Assembly (NCBI GenBank): GCA_977016875.1
Contig: CDRNST010000045.1
Coordinates: 124,001 to 188,000, forward strand
Source of the DNA: Pavona decussata
Lineage: Eukaryota
Direction: 5' to 3'
Length of the DNA: 64,000 bases
Shown here: positions 50,492-62,396 of the stretch, piece by piece
Layout: each line of letters begins with the position of its first letter
Numbering within the stretch: position 1 is the stretch's first letter
Position numbers and translations under genes: made by a program
Notes under the pieces: model-generated
Database searches by the model: none
Told to the model about the DNA's origin: nothing
Seen by the model: the letters and a program-made list of their open reading frames with translations, nothing else

Positions 50492-51536
50492 TTTGTCGAC
50501 ATAAAAAGTTTTATTTTTGCCGTATGAAGAAAAAAATGTTTTTATTTCCGATTACATCGGGAGCTGTGTGGACTGCATACCAAATGAAGAGAAATATTGC
50601 CTCCCCACATGCCTCACAAAAAGAGAGGTTTTCCATACATACGCAAACAACATGAAGCTTCTGGTGTGTGACCCGTGTCCAGACCCACGTTTCCAAGAAT
50701 TTGGAAAACAAAATTACGAGAACTAATTATACCAAAGGTTAGAAAGCCACAGCAATTCGTAACTAGGGTTTGCCTTGGAATAAGCTTTGTTAATAAAACT
50801 GATGAAGGGTAAGCCATTTCAGCCAAACTGAGTAATCTGATATATTATCGTGATTACAGGAAAACAAGTTTACAAAATGTGGTGTTTGCGCGGGATTAGA
50901 ACTCTGTCTGCAAAGGACAACAGACCAGGACAAATGAAGGACTCTGGCATTTAAAAGGAAGCTGCACAATTAACAGCAAATGTGCGTAATCACAATTTAT
51001 TTTAATTTTCATTGATTTGGTAAAAAAAAAAAGTCGAACTCCACGAGACTAATTCAAACTGCAGTTTTACACTGTCCATTGCATAAGAATACTAATTTTG
51101 GTTTGTTCTATATTTCGTCCAACTGATACGCAGAACTTAAAGTAACATAAAAAACCCACTACACATTGATCTTCGACCTTAATCTCTTCTTAGTTCCTTA
51201 TGTACAGTTGAACCTCCCATAAGCGGTTGCGACACAATCTTACAACAATTACAGAAAATAAAAACAACACAAGTCAACATTACAGTAAGTGAATTAACTA
51301 TTAAATAACCATTTAACATATAACAAGATCTCAGATAGACTTTAGAAGTTGAGAAGACAACGGCAAAGGCAATGGGGCGTCATCTTCAAATATCAATTGA
51401 CGCAGTTTTATTAAGAAACACTAATTTACAAAAGTGACTTTAAAACGAATTCTGAAATAATTGACAGTTCTTGCATTCTTAACATAAGCCAGTTTTGTAA
51501 TATAAGGGCCACTATAGTGGAGGCTTGATACTTTTA
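50492..51536 (+). repeat. Dispersed repeat B, copy 1
   Basis: Closely matches 63173-64000 (GAGCTGTGTGGACTGCATACCAAATGAAGAGAAATATTGCC...TAATATAAGGGCCACTATAG); has about 190 extra bp at 51060-51250. Confidence 0.92.
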
Positions 51537-51699
51537 TTTTTTTAATTTGTTTTCAGAATTCCGATTTTCCCACCAACCCAGGCATCGTTGAAGAGACTGC
51601 TAGACTGCCCCAAGAGAACGAGGGGGTGGGGGAAAAGGGAAGGGGGAGGGATGGGAGGGGAGAAACAGGGAGAGGGGCTGGCAGGTTAGTCATGGTTGA

Positions 51700-52470
51700 T
51701 AGCTAACTTTTAGAACTTTGCCGTGAATTAAAATGGGAAGTAATCGAGAAAACTGGGTTGGACCAGGCAAGAACTTGCATGAACTTGTGTCTCTTCATGC
51801 TTTACTGTTCAGCTAACCCAGGACGAGTTAAGGAATACATCTCTTTGCGCATTTATGGCGGCCAAAACAGATTACAAATTACGTGTCTTCGCTTTTCAAA
51901 AAATATTTTTCAATGAAGCTAACCACGGTCGATTTAAGAAAAGCAGTCGTAAAACATTTTTTGACTTTGCCCGAAAGTAACGATCCTGCGCTGAGAGAAA
52001 CGCCTGCAACTTTAATAAAACATTCCGTACGGATGCAAAAGCCATTTTACGATGAACATGCCTTGGCTCAGAAGAAAAGTAAGGCTCTAGATATGTTAAG
52101 CTCGACGGTTTCTTGAAGCTATGACGAAGATGGTGTATTGATCTTGAGCAATGAAGACGAGGAAAGAAACAATATCTTCCTATACCTGGCGATTTTGTTG
52201 CTTAAGTAGCGTCGAATTCTACCGAAAAATGTCCTGAAGTGTTCATTAGCAAAGTTTTAAGATTATCAGAAGACCACAGCCTATCTAGCTGAGTATTCGA
52301 AGACTGAACCAGCAAAATTTAAACTCAGTGTCGGTAAGAGTTTTAAAGAAGCTGTAAATGCATTGATTTATCCTATCGACCTTATTTACTTGCATTCTAA
52401 TGGCATCTACGAGCTACGAACGCCGAAAATTGACATACATCGCCAAGTTCATAGCAGTAAATGTTTTACC
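51700..52470 (+). pseudogene. Tyrosine recombinase remnant with an internal deletion and a C-terminal extension
   Basis: LYCSANPGRVKEYISL (box I Arg) joins across a frameshifted junction to KLTTVDLRKAVV (HxxR position) and KHSVRMQKPFYD (His, catalytic Tyr); downstream PGDFVA*VASNS...VFISKVLRL...LIYPIDL. Confidence 0.65.
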
Positions 52471-52479
52471 ATGAGTAAG

Positions 52480-53337
52480 TTGTATAGTTTCTTGTGAGCG
52501 AAAAGTAAAGTGTGGCAGGTAATCTACCAAAGACGTTCATGGCTGAGATGACATATTGAGGCGAAGACCAACTGCTGTCACAAGTATTTAAAGAAATTGA
52601 CCTCATCCCACAACCGTTCTTCGCGTTCATCGTCAGCAATGACAGAACAGTAATTTCCTTGAATTTTGAAAGCTATTTTCGGTCAACTTCATGTAATTAC
52701 TTGTCCTTCGCTGGTGATTTTTTCTCCACTTTTCTTCGGAATAGCCCTCCATTTTGCCCATGTAGTGTTTGCTTAAAACCACATGGCCAAAATCAACTTT
52801 GTCTGCCAACAACTTCGATAGTGATTCTTTAGACTTACTTTTCGATATCTTGTAGTGGAAGGTATGCCACTACCTATCTTTTTCAGAAAGTGACATCGTA
52901 TCTCTCATACGATTATGCAGTTTATTACTTATAAGAACTGACATACTACACGCATTTCTAGTTCACTTGTTACCAGTCTAAGAAGTGAAGTTCTCGTAAC
53001 GTGGGTATATCAACTCTACAGAAACGGCTTTTTGAAAACAGCCCAACTGTATTCGCAAGGTGTTTACCATCCAAACTTTTATAGCGTTTTACAAACCTGC
53101 TCCAGTTATCGGCAAGTCAAACGCAAGCTGCACAGCTTTCAAAGTTTCGACAAGTTTGTGTGAACAGACACTCTTCCGTCGGGTAGGCTGAGATTTTCTA
53201 TTTGGGATAGTGGAAAAGAAGAGTGCCTTTTTCCCCCCTTTCAAAAGCTCCTCGGCAGAAATATAGTTTGGAAACCGCGCACTGTATTTAATATTTAACG
53301 TTACTCCAATTCCGTGATTACAGTGGCTGTTAATCAC
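52480..53337 (-). pseudogene. Orphan gene remnant convergent on the recombinase
   Basis: Near-open frames GVTLNIKYSARFPNYISAEELLKGG...VQLAFDLPI and MSLSEKDR*WHTFHYKISK...VDFGHVVLSKHYMGKMEGYSEEKW...EERLWDEVNF. Confidence 0.35.
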
Positions 53338-53767
53338 TAATCGGGGTCACTTCGATCAATGACCGTATGTGAGCTGAAGTAACAAATAGGATGTGCAATA
53401 GCTAGTGATGAAAGACATGTCTGCCCAGTAGGCATATTTAGAAAATTTAGGATATGTTGTCATTAATAATAACAACTTGGTGTGTCTGCATGAAAGGTCA
53501 TGCGGGGAGAACGTAATGGCTGAAGCGCGTCGTGAAATCAATAAAGAATTTGAAACTATATCTGTCTTCCTGAGGTTTTTCCGTTAAAAAGAGGTTCGTT
53601 TCAAGAAACCTTGGTATATTTTCTCTCTATTGCGCTAAAAATTGTATCTGTTGGTTGCCGAGTTTTCTGTTATCAGGTCTAATTAATATCCTTACCATCA
53701 GTCAAACATGACTCATTTTTATCAGTTTCACACTGAATGCCTTGAAAGTTTATCCCGCATTTCAGTA

Positions 53768-54295
53768 ATAAGCTAAAGGAATCCATGCGTGGACGACCAG
53801 AAGGAATTCATTAAAGAGGCTAGAATGCTTTATAACCTTCCCCATGAAAACGTTGTGTTATTCAAAGCATTCTGCCAAAGGCCTTGTGCTATTATGTTGG
53901 AATATGTATGTTTTGATTTTTCGCCGTTCAGCGATGACATTGATAAGAAAGTTCATAGCCTTCGAGAATTTCTGGGTTTCGTGGACAAGCAAGATGCATT
54001 AGAAAGCTTTAATCAGTGTGGATTCTTCACTGACATTGCCAAAGATGTGGCCAGTGGCTTGTGTTACCTCCACAGCAAGGAAATTGTTCACAGGGACCTG
54101 AAAACTGCTAATGTGTTGGTGAGTAATCAACATTACAGCAACATGACAAGCGAAGAAGATTTCTCCAAAGCATTGCAGGAAAATCCAATCATGTGCAAAG
54201 TCACCGACTTTGGCGAAAGCCGGTCACGGCTAGTGCAGACAGCACTCGTGGTTCACTCTCGCACACAACGATTAAATCAGGGCACCCCTGTCTTT
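53768..54295 (+). pseudogene. Intronless protein kinase fragment (subdomains II-VIII)
   Basis: EFIKEARML..HENVV, IMLEY, LCYLHSKEIVHRDLKTANVLV, CKVTDFGES and GTPVF; lacks the glycine-rich loop and the remainder of the C-lobe. Confidence 0.88.
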
Positions 54296-54573
54296 CTTCT
54301 TGGGCATGATTTCAAGTGTACATTTTGTCGACAATGAAAGTATTATTTGACGTTTACAGAAAAAATTGAAGCATGAATAAATTTGTTTTCAGTTGATTGG
54401 TTGATAGTTTCGACCGTGTGTTAAACTCAAGATTGCTCATTTTAAAGATTCCAGCTTTTAAAGATTGCCGATTTTTAAGATTCCCCATTTTAAAGATTTC
54501 CCGTTTTTAAGATTCCCCATTTTAAGGATTCCCGCTTTTAAAGATTCCATGTTTTAAAGATTTCCGCTTTTTC

Positions 54574-56376
54574 GGGGGGGGGGGGGGGGGGGCGGAACCC
54601 GGGGAATACGGGGATGGGGGGAATACGGGGAGAATACGGGGTGGGAGGGGTACGGGAGACAAGAGAGGAAAGGGCGGGAGGCGGGAGTCCTAAGAGGACG
54701 GGAAGCGGAAGAGCAATACAAAACAGTGAATTTCTTTACTTATTAATGCCTTAGAATACTATCAAAAACAGAACTCAACAATGTTGTACAATGTTATTTG
54801 TCTTTCATTTAGTGTCCTCCGAGGCTTTACACAATATTTTATATCCAAGGGCACACGAAAATCATACTATCAAAAACAGAACTCAACAATGTTGTGCAAT
54901 GTTATTTGTCTTTCATTTAGCGTCCTCCGAGGCTTTACACAATATTTTATATCCAAGGGCACACGAAAATTCGTGCTCAGCCGATAAACAGGGTTACTTC
55001 AGGCGAAATTGTAAACCCTTTCATTGTGTTAAGTCATAGCTTATGAAATGTCAAGCGTGGCATGTGTATACATGTGTGAGTGCCGTGGAAGTTTTTAGAA
55101 CTCTCAAAAGAGGTGAGCAAGGCGAGCAAGTACGCGTCTTGTCTTTAGTAGTTCTTAGTATTTTTCAGTGCGGTAGTGAGAAATCGGGGGCATGGACGAC
55201 CTCTCCTAATGACCGTCAATCGGACCGTACTAAAGATTTTGCTGCATGGTGTATGGGAATTTACGGACGGAATGCTGTTTCAATGAGCACGTGGAGAGTG
55301 CGGAGTGGTTCGTTTCACGACACCGTTTCTCGTTTTGGACAAGGCAAAATCGATTCCTATAACAATAGGCAGCCAAACAGCATGGGAAGCAATCATGAAC
55401 GACTCTATAGAAAAGAGGAGTAGGATTAGGAGTAGGAGGAGATCAGTGCAGCCTCCTCAGCACATTGATGAAGACCTCTTTTTGATGAACAGTTGTCTGG
55501 CCAAATTTCGAACTCTTTTTGCATTTAATACAGTAATTCTTTCCTCAGACCAGTAGCAACGAGCTTAGAATTCACTACCAGTAACCCAGAGATTTAAACC
55601 TTGGATTGAAAGTAGGTCCTAACGTCTCATTTTACCTTTTCCCGAACTAAAAGCAATTTTTTTCACGCAGTGTTATAGGGAGTAAGGATATCGGGAAAGA
55701 TATCAAGATTATAATTAGTGTATCAAGTAAACGCGATGGATCCGCAATAAGGCGCCGAGAATTAGGGAGATGTAACGAACTCTAAACTGGGGTGTTTGGC
55801 TGCCAGCTCGCCATGTCCTACTTCCCTATTTGAATTACATGATCCCAACAAATGAATAATTAAGAAATGCAACAACTATTACACTGCACGATGGACAAGA
55901 CTGTTGTCACTGAAAGAATGGTTAAACCGTCAAACAAGACGAACATGTTAGTCAAAAATTAAATACAAACGGCAGTGATAAACAAAATAAACTTGCGCAT
56001 TTTAGCTTGACGTAGCATATGAAACATAGAGTTAAACAAAATGCGCAAGTTTATTACCTTTATCACTGCTGCTTGTATTTTATTTCTGATCAAGCTACGA
56101 TGGCTCAAGAACAAAAGTCTTTATGTTAGTCAAACCTGCATTAACTCAGAATACAAAACCTATCAATAATGTTAACGTTATTCAAAATATATATAGTAAA
56201 AAATTAATAATGAAAGGCCTACGAATGGTACGTCCTGCTACAGCTTTGTGACTAATAAGGGTTTTGAAGCCTTCTAATTTACTCGGGGACGGGAGAGACG
56301 CGAAAAAGGGCGGGAGGCAGGGGGTAAAAGTACGAGAGACGGGAGGTTCTGACCCCCCTGTCCCCCCCCCCCCCCC
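54574..56376. mobile_element. Non-autonomous element bounded by G-run and C-run termini
   Basis: Poly-G left end, poly-C right end, ACGGGAG/GCGGGAG motifs near both ends; inserted in the tandem array; TSD not resolved. Confidence 0.6.
54756..54970. repeat. 108-bp tandem duplication
   Basis: ATACTATCAAAAACAGAAC...GGGCACACGAAAAT at 54756 and 54864, nearly identical. Confidence 0.95.
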
Positions 56377-56699
56377 ACTTTAAAAGATCTCCCGTTTTTA
56401 AAGATTCCCGTTTTAAAGATTCCCACTTTTAAAGATTCCCCATTTTAAAGATTCCCGCTTTTAAAGATTCCCCATTTTAAAGATTCTAGATTTTAAAGAT
56501 TACCCATTTTAAAGATTCCTCGTTTTAAAGATTCCCCATTTTTAAGATTCTTTGTTCCCCGTTGCCCGATTCCCCATTCTCTGTTTTAAAGATAGCCAGT
56601 GGCAACATAAGTCAGCATAAACTCACTAACAACTTTGGCAACAAATTTCATTTACTATACTTTGGAATAGTTCATTAACTGCCCTTCAAAATTCTGTTT

Positions 56700-57250
56700 T
56701 CACGTCAGACCCTTAAACTCGTTGCTGTACGCCAAGCTCAAAAGCCTAGTGACCAGGTCAGTGAACGTCATCTGCGGACCAGAACAAGGGACCTCCAACG
56801 ATTTGGCGCTTCAGTTAGCGGAGACCAAATAAACATTAATGTGGTGAACACCTTTCTAGTATTTCCAAGGCTGAGCGCGAAAAGATGTTAAGAGATGCCC
56901 AGGGAAAAGACCTAGTTTTAGAGTTACCAGAAGAAGAAGCACTGGCAATGAAAGCTGATCTGAGGCTTTCCTGGTTTCGTCTAAACAAACTAAGGAGGTT
57001 GGTAATAAATTATTGTTAACAGTCTCATAACATTTCTAGCTATAAATTCCTCCCAGGTTGTCTCTGAATGAATTAAACCTTTTCCTTACGTTTAGATGGT
57101 TCAAACAGTGGAATGGCTCCATGGATAGCCAGAGGAAGCAGCGTGTACAGAAAACGGGCCTTGTTGGAGAAAAACATGGCAAGCAAATTTGTTCCCGTGG
57201 AGCACCACGAGAAGCAAGGAAACAAAATCGTGACGGTAGTTTACCGTGAA
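56700..57250 (+). pseudogene. RAG1/Transib-like transposase N-terminal core fragment with an intron
   Basis: Removing intron 56998-57095 (GT..AG) gives in-frame LELPEEEALAMKADLRLSWFRLNKLRR|WFKQWNG, resembling the RAG1 CLAIRVNTFLSCSQY region. Confidence 0.5.
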
Positions 57251-58867
57251 TTTTACGATACAAAGGGCAAATTACAAATCAAGTCCTTCTCAATCTACTA
57301 ACGCTGACTAACATCAATTATAAATTCTGCAACATCTTGCACGGCAGTCCAGTTCACAGGATTTTGATCACTATTCAAGTAAATCTCTACTATGGCATAC
57401 AACTCGCGATTTAACGAGTGCATTTAACATTCTATGAGGTGAAAAATACAAGAAAAGAAACGATGCGATTCAAACATCTCTGTAACAGATTTCAAATATG
57501 GCGTTACTAAGCAAAAATACCTACACTTTTCGTGAAGATTACGCACTTACAAAAAAGCCAACAAAAACACCTACCCCACAGGATGATTCCTCGACACCAG
57601 TTGTTTCATCCACAACAGTCATTATTCTTGGGAAAACCTCGCCTTAACAGCAAAAAGTATTCGATTTAGCACTACAAAATTGCCATCTGAAAATACTTGG
57701 GATTGGATTACACAAGATTCAGACAATATTTTCCCCAATTTTAGCAAAGAAAATGAAGAATGAAGTTTGAAGAAGCAACATCACATCCCTGCTTCCTTCG
57801 ACACCATTTTCTTCACGGCAATGTTTAAAATATTAACGCACAAGCTCGCTTTTGATCGGTGGAAAGAAAAAGACTTCTGAGTGAGGAACGCGTAAACAAA
57901 GGCGTTGTTCCAGGTTGCTATGGAGTGAATAGAACACCTTTTTTGGGCGCACAGAAAAACTAAATTTCCGCGCGGAAAGCGACGTCCGTGATTGCGACAT
58001 TTAATATCCGTTCTAACTGGTATAAAGTGCTACTCAGCTAATACAAAGTTTAGCAAGGCAAAGTAAATAGTTTTATCATTGTCTCTTCGGGCGAGAGAAA
58101 GTTTTCCAAGTATTCTGTTTTTTGCTTTAACCTTCTGGCACGTAGTTTATTTGGAAAACTTTTCACCGCACTTACATTTTCTCCTATTAGCAAGATAAAG
58201 TTGTGGTATCTGCCCTGTAGCGTTGGAAACTTCAGCTTGAAAATAATGCATGGTTAAATGAAAAGCACGATATATCTGCTTTTGACACTTCTAGAAAGGT
58301 TTTCTAATGGTTCATGGTTGATTTATTTCACACTGTTTACACAATGTTAACATAGAAAGAAACCTATTACAACAGATAATTACAAGATAAAAATAAATAC
58401 AGTACAAATTATAAAATGTGTGTGGTGGTCAAAGTAGCAAAGGCTTTCTAGTTGACCACCACCTACTTTTAAGTAAACAAAGAAGTGACACCGAACTTTA
58501 ATGAGATATTACAAAATGTAGGAAATGTTTGTACAGCCTAGGATTAATGTACAAAAGAGAATTACTAAGTATTCTGTTAACTTGTTGTAGACAGATTGTC
58601 TGGACAATATTTAGCCACCTTAGTATATTCTTTCCTACTAGCAAGGTGAATTTTCGAATTGTTACAAGGATGTTTGTTACCCGTCCTGTACAGCCGGAAA
58701 CTTCATCTTCAAATGACTCTAAGAAAGAGTAAAAAACTATTTTTTACTTTTAAGGGTAGTATGATTTTATATGTTAAAATGGCAAATGTTAACGTTGAAC
58801 AGACGTCTTGAATAATTTGAAAGGTATAACCTAGTGTACAACTCAAATTTCATTAAACGTTACTGTT

Positions 58868-59330
58868 TTTGTATGTATGTATGAATGTATGTATATGTGA
58901 CTGACCACTCCTCCTTGAGGCTTTTCAGGGTCAATGCAGAGGGTGAGACTGGATGTCAGCATATTGAAGACCCACCACTGGCTGACGCCTTAGTTTATAG
59001 ATGATCTCACCCCACCCACCGAGACCAATGACGCTCTAATCAGATACACCATGACACAGGGAACTCCACGCCCTACTCTTTACGAACAGTGCCAAGGGTT
59101 CTTTAACGTCCCACAGATTATTAGGAACAAGTGTTGTGAGACGGGATTTACGGTTTATTGTCCTTATCTGAGAAGACTAGACAGTCTAACCATTTGCAGA
59201 TGTCATTACAAAGGCAGCACTTTTTCGTCAGTCATTTAAGGAATAGGAGTGTTGGTCCGGCCAGGGTTTGAACCCACGACCTCTCACACGGTAGTCCGGT
59301 ACACTACAAACTGAGCTAACTGGTCGGACG
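58868..59330 (-). mobile_element. tRNA-derived SINE with a Nin/Deu-like central domain and L2-like tail
   Basis: Head TTAGCTCAGTTTGTAG...GGGTTCAAACCC, central GATAAGGACAATAAACCGTAAATCCCGTCTCAC, 3' end CCCTGAAAAGCCTCAAGGAGGAGTGGTCA plus (CATA)n. Confidence 0.85.
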
Positions 59331-59387
59331 CCTCAAGTAAATGGAGTTCGTCTGAATTTACCTTTTCATTTTTTTTTTCTCACACAG

Positions 59388-59760
59388 ATTTATCCAGATA
59401 AGCGGTTACTTTGGGAATCATGCGAACTAAATACTTTGCAATCAATGCTAGATCCGGGCGAACCTTCGAAATATCAACCTAACATCAATACATATATGAA
59501 CGAACTTTCGAAATCATTTCTTGGAGAGGGGGACCACTTGACGGTGGTTGCCTTGGACAAATCTAATGGTACTCTCTGTGCTATCACGATGTTCAAGAAG
59601 AGCACCTATGACCCTTCTTTAATGGAACCTCTACCCTTATTACAAATTCACAGCAACATCTTGCAGACAACCCGTCAAAATATTTGGGAATTAAGTTATT
59701 GTGGTAGAAGCGTTAATAAGAACAGAAAATGTCTAGGAGACATCTGCATCACTAAAACGT
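59388..59760 (+). pseudogene. Exon with GNAT acetyltransferase-like pattern, truncated
   Basis: Strong acceptor ending 59387; open frame with HLTVVALDKSNGTLCAITMF (two predicted strands) and IWELSYCGRSVNKNRKCLGDICITK (strand plus RxxLG-type motif A). Confidence 0.4.
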
Positions 59761-60158
59761 CTTTTCTGTTACATTCATGACAACTGTAGAACCTTTTTCA
59801 CTGGCGCTAACCTCAACTTTGATCACAAAACGTATTGTTTCACGGCACACAGATAAATAACCCATTTTACCTTACATTGTACTAACCATCTTTCGTTTAC
59901 AGCTAATTTTCGAAATCAGCGCACACAACTAATCTGTAGGTTGTGGAATCCGCATTCCACGATTTCCAACAACGAGATTCAATTCAGGTTCCTTGCGATG
60001 GTGTGTTTGTCATTACTCTCTTCAAAACAATGTATAATAAAACAATCATTTCATTCGGTTTTCCTGATATCCTAAATACTTGAATAATTGTTTAATATAG
60101 GAAAGTCCTTATCATCGTCATATGTACTAAAGTTGTTTCTCTCTGCCACCTTTACAGG

Positions 60159-61210
60159 AAATGGAATCTCCAACGGAAGGTGATGACGACAACAATGAGG
60201 AAGCTACACGTACACAGGACCGTGGGAGTGATGGGGCAGGTACCCACGGGGCCGACGAAGAAACTGTACCAAAATCCATTCGGTTGGCTACAGGATGTCG
60301 GACATGCGCAGAGTTTCACATTACATGTTTCTTATCTAAAATTTCGTTCTTTTGTTGAGTCCGCCAATACGAGAATTCATTATCAGTTAGGCCTTCAATT
60401 TCAGATTCCATGGAAGCCGCTGTGATTGAAAATATTTCTTCAATGATAACGCATCTCAGCGATCGGGAGACCTATCATGTCTTCTTACAAAATCTGCAAA
60501 TTGCAAAGCAAATCGATGTTTTAGGCCGCTCAGGAAACATGCATTGTCTAAGTGTGGCTTTTGATCTTGCCAACAATTGCAGAATCCACCTACGCTACAA
60601 CTACCTCAGAAAACTACTGACACTGTTATGGGCTGTTTACCACTTTCTGGTTTTAAAACAAGTTGATCTAACCTGGAGGCATGCCTTGAACGTAATTCCC
60701 GAAGTCGCTTTGTTTTTGGACAACAAAATCATTAACGACGATTACCTTCTCCCTTCGAATGTCTGCACAGCGCAAGATACCTGTTATGAATCTGCTTATC
60801 TGCTATTATGTCTGCAATATTCTCCTGATGAAAGATTAGGGGACGGGGACGGGCTACCAAGTTTAAAAATAACTCAACTTCGCGGTTTTTTTGTTCAAGA
60901 TGAACCATGCTGAGAATCCATTAAAAGGTCATGGGCAATCAATATCCCGAGGAACTTCGTATTTTTCATGGTGCTCCAACAACCTTTGTAGACAAAAGAA
61001 GTCGGCTTCTAGGATACGACCCACAAAAAGCACCACGTGAGCCGGGAAGAAGTGACTGCGATGTAGACCAGAGGTATTAGCAAGACAGGCGTGATTTTTT
61101 AGAAACGCAGCTCCGTGAAATAAGAGGTCCTATTCCCATCGATAACATGCATATTCTCACTGACTGCTATGGAGTCGACTTTTATGACCGATTATTAACA
61201 GAGATTTGAT
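60159..61210 (+). pseudogene. Long orphan exon with frameshifts and stops
   Basis: Acceptor CCTTTACAG; overlapping ORFs 60180-60425 and 60410-60913, continuing HGAPTTFVDKRSRLLGYDP...HILTDCYGVDFYDRLL; no domain recognised. Confidence 0.5.
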
Positions 61211-62396
61211 CGGTTTTCGACAGCCAAAACCCTCCTTCACATATTCAGCGGTCTCTGTGAAGGTTAAAGATAGCATCTCGTGCACTTCCAACAGGCTATG
61301 TTTTAACTCTCAATTACCTGGAAGGTTCATGCAGCAGTTAAGTTAAGACATGCATGCTTTTTGCAGTGTCCGTTAAATACAGGTTTTTAACATTAAAATT
61401 GAGACAAGTTTAAGGAGTATTCTTTCACCGCATATTAAAAAAATTGTTGGATACAAACAAAGGCCAGTATGACGATCTGTACTGAAATAATAGTACCTTG
61501 AACAAAGACAGTCAAAAAGGAAAAGAAGTTCCAATAATTGTTTTACTTTGTACTCATCGCCCTGTTCTTTAGCAAAACAGGATAAACCTCATGTCTTTGA
61601 AATCACTATTTTCTTCTTCACTGTAGAAAAGAAAGCAGCACACAAAGCCAACATCAGTAAGGAAGGAAAAAGCCTTTTCCTACAATGACACTAAAGGAGC
61701 ATTAAGAACGTATTCTTCCCAAAAGCAATGTTCAAAGACAATCTTGATCTTATTATTTTCGTAATTATCATTATCATTATCATTATCATGATCACTATCA
61801 TTGTCATTATCTTTATTGTTAACGTGGACAAAACGTAGTTAGCGAATTATGACATGTATGAAAAGAATTTATGACTAAGGAACTTGCGGCAGCTTTGGAC
61901 ACCCCCAAACGGAAGCGTAAACTAGTATGTTTAGCTCAACTTTAATTAAGTACTTTAGTTTTACCTCAGATCTGTATTGGACACGTTTACTGTATTTGAC
62001 TGCTCACCCGTTACACAGTTTCATGGCTATCCCGATCAAGAAAGATTAAGAAAACTTGCCATAGAAGTAAGTTTGTGAACATTGTTTTTTACTATCTTAT
62101 CAATCATTTCAGTTTCGCTAGTTCAGAATGTGTAAGCCTTTGAACAATGACAACATTGAGGAATCGACCGCATGGCCCGATAATTGTTACAGCCTTATTT
62201 CAGCTATTTTCGCTTTGCTTGTTTTGCTTGTTACGTTTCTCTTATTAATTGATTTAGTTAAGTAAATTATACTGTACAATTTGATTTCCGATCGAATAAA
62301 ACACTGTTATAATTATACGATTTGCGAGTATTCTTCGGAAACGGATCGTCTTGGTTTTCTTGCGAAACAATTATCATTATCATTATCATTATCATT

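Larger units (their letters stand above)
54430..56597. mobile_element. MITE end with a TTTTAAAGATTCCC-type tandem array, interrupted by a nested element
   Basis: Units of about 19-20 bp at 54430-54572 resume at 56378-56550 and finish with ...TTTTAAAGATAGCC (Harbinger-like GGCTA terminus on the minus strand). Confidence 0.7.

Noticed and set aside
50797-50832. Hammerhead ribozyme at CTGATGAAGGG (also near 63478)
   Set aside because: No GAAA box follows a stem II in either copy.
54430-56560. CRISPR-like array of TTTTAAAGATTCCC repeats
   Set aside because: Units are contiguous with only a few variable bases, there are no unique spacers or cas genes, and the context is eukaryotic. It is a MITE subterminal array.
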